Assembly (NCBI GenBank): GCA_012295275.1
Contig: CM022677.1
Span: 6,820,001-6,884,000, forward strand
Reading direction: 5' to 3'
DNA length: 64,000 bases
Source of the DNA: Chrysomallon squamiferum
Lineage: Eukaryota > Animalia > Mollusca
Position numbers and translations under genes: made by a program. Below the pieces are notes generated by a model. It had not been told where the DNA came from. It made no database searches and saw nothing but the letters and a program-made list of their open reading frames with translations. This document shows, piece by piece, positions 27,719 through 38,819 of this stretch (its first letter is position 1; every line of letters starts with the position of its first letter).

Positions 27719-29069
27719 TATATATGTCGTCTTTTAATCTATATCAAGATCTCTTGTTTGGTCTATCTATCCGTTGAACAAAAATGCATCAAATCATCTC
27801 TGATTCCTTTCTCTGCATCCAACATGTCCGTCAGTTTACAGCTAAATGTAATTCATCCTGATCTCTGTGTTTCCTTGTGTCTGATGAACATTAATCTCAT
27901 CTTTCAGCTTCTTCTTTTCTATGATCCATTTCGCCATCCAACCAATACTCAGGTGTACATCAAGACGCTAAGAACAATCCTGGAACGACGGCAATGACGA
28001 CCTCATTAATAGAAATAGTAATGATATTTTTTAATGTAGGATGTGGACGACGATATTAATAAAGGTAATAATAATACATTTTAATATAGGACAGGCACAG
28101 TCAGACAATAAGAATAAGAGCGAATAAAAAAAGAAAAAGGAGTACACCAATAACATCAGGAACAATCCCCGTACAACGGAAACGACGGCGACATTAATAT
28201 AAATCACAATAATATATTTTAACAGGTGATGCGCCCGCTGAGAAAGTCTACTCAGCCAACGAAGAGAATCAAGAATTATCTTAAACAGGAAGAGCCCGCG
28301 CATTTATTATTTCATAAAACTAATTATGTATTTCAATATATGCATATATATTAAAGCTAATTCCATAAATATCTCATAAATAAATAGTACAGACTTATCA
28401 AGGGTACAAAACTGAAATAATCGTTTTATGCTATAAAAATTAAAATATTTTACAAATAATAATAATACTACTACTACTACTACTACTAATAATAATAATA
28501 ACAACAACAACAACAACAACATAAACAACAACAACAACACCAACAATAATCATTATCATAAAATCAACAAATATTTTATTGTTAATACTAAATAATGAAT
28601 TTCCTTAATTTTTTTTCGAACGTTGAAAACAACGCCCATACGTTGGTAGCGACGGCGACATTAACAGACATATTAATAATATATTCTAATATAGGATGTA
28701 CACACTGAGATGGCGTGTTTTCGCTCCCCCTAAAATAATAAGAAAAACCAAAAATAATTGTCTTTGGATGGAAAGTAAAATGCAGAAGCCAACTTCTATA
28801 CCATGGTATAGTATCTAAGTTTATATATTTTTTTTGTTGCCAATTAGAAAAATTAATACATTAATCTTTCACCAAATTATAATTTTAGTTTATTATGCAC
28901 GCATTTGTACAAAATAATCCAGTTTGAAAAGTTTACGTTGAAAAAGTAGTTACGAATGGCACGTGGCATGATGGTTTGGTTATATGAATAGCCATCCTTA
29001 TCTTTATCAGTGTAAATCATAAAAAAGTTTAGAAAATAGACGTAAAATAATTGAATTTGGAGATTTATA

Positions 29070-29160
29070 AACTTCCGCGAGCTCACGGAAACCTCCGATC
29101 AAAATCCAAGATGGCAGTGTTGAACGCCGATCAGTGTTTACAAACTTTTAAACACGTACT
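29070..29160 (+). promoter_or_regulatory. Promoter/first exon of unit TU3 (YY1-type CAAGATGGC)
   Basis: CpG cluster cttccgcgagctcacggaaacctccgatc, then CAAGATGGC at 29107-29115 opening MAVLNADQCLQTFKH|gtac. CpG falls sharply downstream. Confidence 0.5.
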
Positions 29161-30896
29161 CCTTCATAATGAAATCAATTCTATTCAAAGTAATTTGGAG
29201 AAATAAGGCTCGTAGATGTCTATTATTGAGTAGAAATTGCTGCAAAAGCAGAAACTTTTTTTCTTTTCTTTTGGTAACTTTGGTATCATACCATCTTGTA
29301 CTCGTTTCGTACTACATGTTTCTTTCTTTTTTCTTTTTTTTCCCCCGACATTATTGTCGTTCCTGTTGGTCCATGCTAATTAGAATTATTTTGTATTTGA
29401 CTACTGACCATCTAAAATGATATTTGTTTATATTGTTGTTGTTTCTTAAACTGACTGTCATCTGCCTGTTTAACAGAGTTGTTGTTATCAAACATAAAGA
29501 AGAACGCAGATTACCTCATCTATATTTCAGTAAAAAACGAATTTTCTAATAATTTATAATTATTATTATTATTATCATGATGATTATTATGATTATGATT
29601 ATTGTTATTTAAATTTGATATTGATACTACTACTACTACTACTACTACTAATAATAATAATAATCATATCATCATCAACATTTAATTTATCTTTCGTTTT
29701 TATTTCAAAATTCTTTTCATTTGGTCTCTGTAATTTGTATTATTTCTTTATTTTGTTACTATTTCAGTAATATTTTATTTTATGACATTTTATTATTTTT
29801 CTATCTTTTTCTATAATTTATTTATTTAATTTATTAGTTTTATGTATTTTAACTATATATCAGTGTGTGAGTGGGTGTATATGTGTTTGTGTGTAATTCT
29901 TCTTGTCTTTTAGTTTTATTCTTCTAGTTTCTTCTTATCCTGTGTTTATTCATATTTCTTCTTATTGTTTCTATTTGTTTTAATTTTTGTGTTTTCTTTA
30001 AAGTTATTTTATTGTTTATTTTTTTAACCTATTTACTATGATTATTGTTTCTTGTTATTTTTCTGCATTGTAGTTTCTTCATAATCTTCTTTTTTTCTTG
30101 TGTGTTCCTCTTGTCTGTATTCATTTCCAGTTATTTTAATAAGCAAGATTTTTGAAATATACAATTTACTTTTTATTTTTCAGTCTCCCAGTTTCTGTAC
30201 ATAGTTCTTTTTATTCTTTCTTTATGTTTCTTCATATTTTAAATTCTTAATTTTTATTTTAATGAATTTTTTTGTTTTGTTTGAATTTTTTTCTCCTGCT
30301 CATTTTATTTAAAGAATTAGAATTCTTATTTTTTATTATTATTGTATGTATATGTATGTATTTATATTATTATTATTATTATAATTTTAGCTATAGTATT
30401 GATTTATTTATTTATTCATTCATTTATTTATGCATTTATTGTATTAATATTTTCAATCTCTTAACTGCATCTCCATCTTTTTAGTTTTTTTCTACATTCT
30501 ACTAATTCAAATTCTTTTATTATTTATTTATTATTATTATTAATGTAATTTTTTTTTTTTTTTTTTACAAGCAAGTTATAATTATTTTTATTATTATATT
30601 TCTTCTTCATGTTTCTTTTTATTCAGTGGGGAGCAGACTTTTTTCTTTTCAGTCTTTAAAACCTTTTAACCTAGTAATATCTCAGAGAATGAATATTTCT
30701 GTTACTAGTGTTGATGTTCTGTTTTCTGAAAGTTATTATTATAAGTAATTTTTTAGAACCAGTATTATTCTGATAACTTGTTTGTTACTATTAGTGTATT
30801 TTAAATAGTTTCCAATGGTTTGGAGACATTTTTTATGACAGTTGTATTTATATTCAGACATGTTTTTTCTTAATTTGAAGGTCTGCATTTCTCTTA

Positions 30897-30927
<31 letters not shown>

Positions 30928-30962
30928 CTTTTCTTTCTATTTTTGTTTTTTTATTTCCACAG

Positions 30963-31789
30963 AACTGAAAAACAAACAGTTGGCACCAACAACACCAGTA
31001 CCACCATTAATCTCAAGACAAACTGACATCACCACACCAAGCACTAAAAACTCAAACTCCTGTGCCAAGAAACATCCAGACACACTAGAAAAGAAACCAG
31101 AAACACCATCACCCATTGCCAGAGGTATTTCAGTAAAAATAATGTCTAAGAAATAAAGCAAACAGAAAATGTTTGATCATGTGATTCGACTGACTAATCA
31201 TCTTGTGAATTTTTTTTTGAGTTTTTGTTGAAAGCAGCCAGACCAAGACTTAAACTGCAACAAGCTTTAACACCTAGTCACTTAGTCAGAATTTTAAAAT
31301 CTTTAAAAAATATTCAGGTAAATATGTCTGTAAATATGTCTTAGTCTATCTGTCTCTTTCTCTTTCTGTCTGCTCTCTATTTATTTTATATCAATCTCTC
31401 TCTGTTCTTCTGTCTGTGTGTATTCCTGTCTATATACCTATGTCTCTATTTACTTATCTGTTCATCTGTATGTCAGTCTGTGTCTTTATATATTATTTCT
31501 TATTTGTTCCTAATTGTCAAGTTTTTAGGTTTTTTTCTTTTTTCTTCCTTTCTTTTCTTTATGTTTTTTAACAATTATTGTCAAAGTTGTAATATTTTTG
31601 AAGTATAACAAAGAAAGAAAATGTTATATAGAATCTTTCTGTTAGTTCTCTTTTGATAATTCTGAACATAAATTGCTTAAGAATCAGTTATTTAAATTAT
31701 TTTGAATATTTTTATAGTTTTAGTTTATAAAAATGCTCTAAACAGTAGACAGCTGATTATTTTTTATTTTATTTATTTTTATTTATTTA

Positions 31790-31860
<71 letters not shown>

Positions 31861-32194
31861 ATATATATATATATATACACACGTTTATTTCATTCTGTAA
31901 CTATCTAGATTTTGACAAATTTCTCATTATTATATTTTTTCAACTTTTTTTCTTTTTCTGCTGATAGTTAATAGTTAATCAGGTTTGTTAATACTGTTTT
32001 TCATTTATTTCAGATATTCCAGATTCCAAATCAGTCACAGGTTCTCTACAGGAATTAAGTCTGAACTCCAGTTGTTTAACCAGCCAGCTGTTTGAGTTTC
32101 CATGGAAAACTCCTTTCTTTGAAAGATGTGGACAGTGGAAATTGTCCTGATCTTTCTGTATCTGTCATTGACGATTTAGTTAAACTTATTTCAG
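30963..32194 (+). pseudogene. Unassigned exons of TU3
   Basis: ccacag|30963-31123|gtattt (LKNKQLAPTTPVPPLISRQTD...PIAR); ~31235-31317|gtaaat; ttcag|32014-32194|gtaatg. Confidence 0.45.
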
Positions 32195-32559
32195 GTAATG
32201 GTTTTTTAAATTTTATAAATTTTTATAATAGTTGAATAATTGTTTTATATATAATCGTAATCTTTCTCCATCTGACAGAGACAATTTAGTTAAACCATGT
32301 GGTAAGAATATTAAACTAAACATTTTATTATGAAATAATTTTATGTAGATATTTTTAATGTATATAAATATTTTGTTTTGTTATATATTTGTAGTTGTAT
32401 TAATTATTATGTATTTGTTATTAAGTATCTACATATGTATAAACTGCTTGTTTCCTTTTTGCTTTTGTTCTCATGTTCTCTGTCTCTGAGTCTGTCTTTC
32501 TGCCTTTTATAATTATTTTTGTAATTTTAGCTTTACTTAAATCTATATTCCTGAGAGTA

Positions 32560-33230
32560 AGTGAGTGTGTGTGTGTATCAGCAATAGAGATAACTGCTCT
32601 GATAATAGTCTGTGTGTGTGTGTGTGTCTATCAGCAATAGTGAAAATTAGTATTCTGATAAGTGTGTGTCTATCAGCAATACTGATAACTGCTACTCTGA
32701 CAATAGTGTGTGTCTGTGAGTGAGTGTGAGTGATATTCTGATAATAGTATGTATCTGAGTGTGCATGTGTATGTGTGTGTATATATCAGCAATAGTGATA
32801 ATTGCTACTCTGCTAATTGTATGTGTGTGTGAGTGTCTCAGCAATAGTGATAATTGCTACAATGATAATAGTATGTGTGTGTGTCTTTGACGTTTTAGTA
32901 TGAGAAATAGTGATAACTGCTTCAGTGATAATAGTATGAGTGTGTGTGTGTGTGAGAGAGAGAGTATATCAGCAATAGTGATAACTGCTACTCTGATAAT
33001 AGTGTGTGCGTGCAAGTATATGAGCAATAGTGATAACTACTACTCTGATAATAGTGTGTGTGTTTGTCAGCAATATTCATGACTCTGATAATAGTCTGTG
33101 TGCGTGTGTATGTTTGAGTGTATCAGCAGTAGTGATAAGTGCTACTCTGAGAATAATATGTGTGTGTGAGATAATTTGTATCACTGATAATTATCACTGA
33201 TAATAGTGTGTGTGTGTGTCAGCAATACAG
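32560..33230. repeat. Degenerate tandem repeat agcaatagtgataactgctactctgataatag separated by (GT)n
   Basis: About a dozen diverged units with variable GT-rich linkers. Confidence 0.85.
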
Positions 33231-33240
33231 AAAATTGCAG

Positions 33241-33912
33241 ACTTCAACTGAAACAAGCTGATGCTGGTTGAAACACTTTGTCTGCTGTGCTTCCAAACAA
33301 AATCACTTGGCAGATGACTATGATGGTTCTACATGACGGTGACAAAGACAACAGACAGGAAGTTGAGCAGCAGGTGACGTCTGAGCTTGCTGCTCTGAGA
33401 ATGAAGCTGGATGAGATGATTAAGAAAAAAGAGAGAAGAAAACAGAGGATGTAGCTGCAGCTGAACAAATGAGACTCGGGAAGGCAACATTCATGAGAGT
33501 GATGTGTCGCCATATTGACAATCCTGTACCTGATTCAGAGTGGATCAATGGACACAGGTCCCTGTCCCCTACTTCAGCATCACAAACTCCAGGCCAGAGA
33601 AGGGATACAAGAGACTATTGATAATGTGAATCAAGTAATATGTCAGGCCTGTGTTTGAATGTTTTAAGAAACCTCTCAACAGTGGCATGGTATGTTCTTT
33701 TATTAGTTTATACATGTGTGTGTATGTGTAAAATAGCTTAATAATAATCATTTATTTACTATTGTTTTGTTAATTATTTAAATTATTGCTCGTTAGTTAT
33801 TTATTTATAACAGTTAATTATTTGATTTGTATGTCCAGCACCGAGGATAAAGTTTTTCTGCTGCCACAGGAAAAGAAAAAATGAACAGGTGAATTTCTTA
33901 TATATTTCTCAT

Positions 33913-33992
<80 letters not shown>

Positions 33993-35065
33993 GATACAGA
34001 TATAACTACAAAGGTAAATAAATATAAAACTTGTTTTTCAGAAACTGCTCTGTACACAAGAAGAGCTAATTATGTGAGCTCACAAGAGAGAAATGTCATC
34101 AAAGAATATGGCAGAAAGGAGCATCTGTAGAGGTTGTTGTTATAGTAGTAGTAGTAGTCACTGCCATTGTTGTAGTAATGTAGTTGTTACATCATTAGTA
34201 GTTGTTAATAATTACACTACTTGTAGTAATGTTGCAAAATTGTTCCTGCTAATGTTTTAGCTGATGATGCTTTGTAACATAATGTATCTTGTGAGACTCA
34301 TGGTGATTAAAAAAAACTGGTTGTAGTCAGATTACTGTTGTAGTGCAGGTAGTACTAGTAGTAGCAGTACTAACAGTAGTTGTTTTTAGTGAAATTGTTA
34401 TGATAAATGTAACAAGAAGAGTTGTGTAACAGCAGCAATAGTAGTAATAGTAGTCATAGTTGGTGTTGTTGTAGTAATTATAATAATATTAGTCTAAAGA
34501 AATACAGGCCTAGGACTAATAGTGAAGATAGTAAACAATATCACTTTTATTATTAATGGATAGTCATTTTAGTAATAGGAGTATTATTTTAATAACAGTA
34601 ACCCTAGTTGAATAAGGAACAAGAGTAAATTTTTAGTTACAGTAATGATGTTAATGTTGCAGTAAATGTAGTAGTGTTTTATTTATTTTATTTATTTTAT
34701 ATTTTTTACTGTATTTTATTATTTTTTTTATTTACTCAAACTAGGCAGTGCACCCACCAATGTGACTCTGACTCAGAGTTGTTCAAAGTTCTGCTGATGA
34801 AGAGCTCAATTTTGGTGACCTGGACATTGAAGCCGACCATGTCATACTACAACAATTCTTAAGTTGGAGAGTCTTACACCAGTCACAAATCTCAACAGTC
34901 AAATATCAGGAGAAAAAACTTGAAAGACTTGAACTTGCTAAAACCAGGCAAAGAAAAACATTGTGTGTGACAGTGGCAAAGTCAAAAGCCTGGAAGTTGA
35001 GCAGCAGGTGACTTAGTTTACTTCCATTAGCATTGTTTTATTTCTTTTAGCTTATATTTGTACTA
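33241..35065 (+). pseudogene. CAMSAP: CAMSAP/Patronin fragment, copy B (rearranged)
   Basis: 33241-33690 holds CC1 (QQVTSELAALRMKLDEMIKKKERRKQRM*...LGKATFMRVM). Exon 34042-34132 matches 49159-49054. 34741-35010 matches the start of the large exon (48422-) and then re-enters CC1. Introns are also homologous to copy A. Confidence 0.8.
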
Positions 35066-36723
35066 GCAGTAATCAAAACAGTTTCGTTTTTAACTACATG
35101 GCTTAAGGAATGATGTTGAGGTATGTGTGAAATCAGTTCATAAACAAAAACAGATCTATGTTAATTTTGTTGAAAGTGCTTCTGAATGAAAAATCTACTT
35201 TACCTTTAATTCATCTTTATTTTAATATTTGTTATCTGTCTAACTTTAGATTATCTTTCAGTAAATAATTTGAATTGGTAACTGCATCATTAACTATCAT
35301 TAGAATACAAAACAAAATATTTAAAAAAGGTTATATTTCAATTTTTAGTTTCCTATAATTATATTGATTCATGCAGATTTATTGAATTGTTTTATAACAA
35401 GGAAATGCAGTATTTACTGAATGACATTCAGATCTTTCATCATGTATTTATAGGAATTGAAGAAACCAATATGCTAAACTGTGGATTTAAACTGTTTATT
35501 TTCAGAAATTAAATCAGTTTGTTAAGGATAAAAATAGTCAAGAAATTGTTGATAAATACAAATTCGAATTGACATTGTGGAACAAAGAGCAGCTTGAGTC
35601 TCCAGTAGAGTTGAAGTATTTGGTGCTGTCCAGCAGGTATTTAAATACATTATTCATTGTAAACCTTTCCATTTTACTTCAGTTTTAAATATTTCTTCAG
35701 TCTTTCACAAGATTCTATGCAAAATATTTTCTCTTCATTGAACAGCCTACATGAAAATATAATACAGTAAGGAATAATTATTAAGACAACTCATTCTGGT
35801 CACTAAACAGTTCTAACATACGAACAACATTTGAAATGTAGCTATTCTCACTGTCACAAAGAAGGAAGGTTTTGATATCCCACTTTATCAGTTTATCTTT
35901 GATGTACTGTTTTATAGATAAGAAGTTTTTTGTCGCAATCATTCCCTTGTCATGGGCCGAGATTTTGTAATTATCAGATTTGTCTAGCTCTGGGTCTAAT
36001 TCAATTATCCTATGTAGCATAGACCATATTGCTAAAAAAATCTATCTCTTGTAAAAATCTGCAAATCCAGGTGTGATGGTCAAGACATTTTCCTTATCTC
36101 ACCAAAATTATTCATAGCGGTCCTTGTGAATAAGCATTTCCATCGCTACTCAACAGCAAAAAAAGGTTTTTATCTCTGTTAGTCTCAATGCCTGAGAACT
36201 AAAGGATTTTGTATAATAACGTGAGGTTTTGCTTCTTTGACATGTTCTTAGTTTCAAAAACAAAGAGCTGCCTCAAAACATCATTTGTGTCATTCATCCA
36301 CTGACACTGATCTACAGGAGACTGAGAATTCCGTTGCACACCTTGACCATGTCCAAAACCATGCCACATCCTCTACCACAGCCACAACCCCCCAACAGGT
36401 TGTAAAACATCAACACCTGGGCTGTGATTATCAGCAGAATCATTTTCATTTTCACCTTCATTCGTTTTATTATTATTATTTGTATTGTTGACAACATCAT
36501 CATCATCACTCTCTTTGCTTTCAAAATCACTATTATTTCCAAATTCCAATCCTTCATTCTCATCCTCAGAATCTGACATCATTCGTAATGCCTGCTTGGT
36601 TGTCACTTTCTTACCATTCATGTTTATGGCAAAAAATACTCCAAAACCTTCAATTGTTTGTAAAAAAATTATATTTGAAGCTTCATGCCAGAAGTGTTTG
36701 CTGAAAATACGAGCAGGTATTTA

Positions 36724-38764
36724 TGTTACAGTCAGCGTGTAAAACCAGTCATTTGTTGGGTGTTTTCTAATAACTATGTTTCATCTGTATTGAATAATCA
36801 ACTTCATGTAACAACAATTTACCGGTATAATGCATTGGTGACACATAATACATACTTCATTTATTTAAACAATTTACACTGTTGTCACTTCTGCTATTAC
36901 ACAAAACACTATTTTTGAAACAAGCACATCACTTACTCCGAAATCTCTCAGGTCCATTACAACTGCACTTGACAAAACCCTGACCACCGTGTTGAGACTG
37001 CTTTTTTGTTGACTTGTCAAAGTGACACACTGTTCATGTCAGGTTCACTCAGGAATCTCTGAGGAAATAAATCAAACTGGTGTTGACTATATTTCCCTTT
37101 CAGAATACCAGAAGGGCAACCAATGGTATATTGTCTATTTTCAACAGCTAATATAACACCTAGAATATTTCTACAGACGGAATGGGCTCAGCTACGTTAT
37201 CAACACGACTTCACTTAACAACACGCTCAGCTTGTTTCTGTTGTGCGGCTATTGCAAGCTTTCTTTTCTTGTCTATGCTGCTCGTTGGTTGAGTTGTTTC
37301 TGGTAGAGACTGAGTCATTTCTGGTAGAGACTGAGTTGTTTCTGGTAGAGACTGAGTTGTTTCTGGTAGAGGTAGAGTTGTTTCTGATAGAGAATGAGTT
37401 GTTTCTGGTAGAGATTGAGTTGTTTCTGGTAGAGGTTGTTGTTTCTGATCGAGGTTGAGTCATTTCTGATAAATTTGAATTGTTTCTGGTAGAGGTTGAG
37501 TTGTTTCTGGTAGAGGTTGAGTTGTTTCTGATAGAGGTTGAGTTGTTTCTGATAGATGTTGAGTTGTTTCTGGTAGAGGTAGAGTTGTTTCTGGTAGAGG
37601 TTGAATTGTTTCTGGTAGAGGTTGAGTTGTTTCTGATAGAAGTTGAGTTGTTTCTGATAGAGGTAGAGTTGTTTCTGGTAGAGGTAGAGTTGTTTCTGAT
37701 AGAGGTTGAGTTGTTTCTGGTAGAGGTTGAGTTGTTTCTGGTAGAGGTTGAGTTATTTCTGACAGAAATTGAGTTGTTTCTAGTAGAGGTTGAGTGTCTG
37801 GTTGAGTTGAGAATGGACAGAGTGTCTAGTAAGTCATCTTCTTTCTGTAGCTTCTGGATAACATCATGTGGTAACAACGAGGAGGTCAAACCAATCCTGG
37901 ATTCAATGCCAAATAAGGTTGTACAAGGTGACTGTTTTATTCCAGCATTGAAACTCGAGTTCTTGTGAAACTGAACAAATTTAACACCAACAGTCAAGTC
38001 AGTGGTATCATTCTCACTCATCCTCACAACAAGCATGTCTTTAATGTCATAATTCACATGTTCTACAAAACCTTGACTGTATGTGTGGCGTGGTTTACCA
38101 TGCACTATAACTAGCTCAGGCCACAACTCTTCAAATCAGAAATGATCTGAGCTGTAAATTCAGAACTGTTCAGAAAAGTACTATATGTGGTGCACTGAAT
38201 AGCAGAAATATGTCCATGAGTTGGTTTCAACTTCAGCAGCTCACTTTGTTGTCAGTGGGCGGATAACAACAAACTTTGTAAGATGATCCTGATACACCAT
38301 AATCCACTTGACAGAACCATGCGGTAACGATTGCATATCAATGAGATCTACTTGGCCACGATTGGAGAACTCTTTAGACAAGATCGGTCAGACAACCACA
38401 CCCTTTGTCATCAGTTTACTCTGACAGTCAATGCACATTGACTTAAACAGTTCAGTAGAATCCCTGGTAACTTTGGCAAACTTCTTGCCTATCTCCTTTA
38501 CCATTTGACTGCGACCACCGTGGCCAGTATGTGCACGTTTGATAACATCGAATGTCTCTTCAATGTGCACGTCTTATAACATCACCACACTGAAGAATCT
38601 CATACTTGGACAGAAGATAATAACCTTGGTGTCACTTAGATGATGATTGTTCATTTAAATGCTTCAGTTCATTTATCAACAAAAAGTACTCTGGTTTTGG
38701 TATAAGTATCAGGCAATCTGTCAAACTGGTTTGACACATTGACTGTAACACATTGACTGTAACA
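36724..38764 (-). mobile_element. Ginger-like (KRBA2/SCAND3-type integrase) DNA transposon with TIRs
   Basis: Inverted repeats TGTTACAGTCAGCGTGTAAAACCAGT (36724) and ACTGGTTTGACACATTGACTGTAACA (38725-38750). HHCC region (AHTGHGGR...CIDC), core (GQVDLIDMQS, MVYQDHLTKF, WPELVIVHGKPRH...SQGFVE...IKDML) and C-terminal GGQGFVKCSC...CACFK...CNSR...CLNK. Frameshifted. Confidence 0.85.
37290..37800. repeat. 21-bp in-frame tandem repeat inside the integrase ORF
   Basis: Unit gagttgtttctggtagaggtt, ~20 copies, encoding (STSTRNN)n in ORF 37227-38126. Confidence 0.95.
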
Positions 38765-38819
38765 CATATACTACACGCTCAGACTGGAAAACTGGCCTCA
38801 CAGGTTCAAAGGGTTAATA

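Larger units (their letters stand above)
35781..38817 (-). mobile_element. piggyBac-family transposon remnant (interrupted by nested element)
   Basis: Terminus TTAA|CCCTTTG at 38817-38807; acidic N-terminus (ORF 36373-36621); TRDRFFLAIWSMLH...DKSDNYKI and MIATKNFLSIKQYIKDKLIKWDIKTFLLCDSENSY are PGBD-type transposase motifs. 3' truncated. Confidence 0.85.

Noticed and set aside
32560-33230. Repeat-spacer-like array as CRISPR-like
   Set aside because: The 'spacers' are just variable (GT)n tracts and the repeats are degenerate.
35092-35765. Inverted IRAG/CAMSAP copies as uncollapsed haplotigs
   Set aside because: The copies differ by many substitutions and indels, private TE insertions and rearranged order, far beyond allelic difference.
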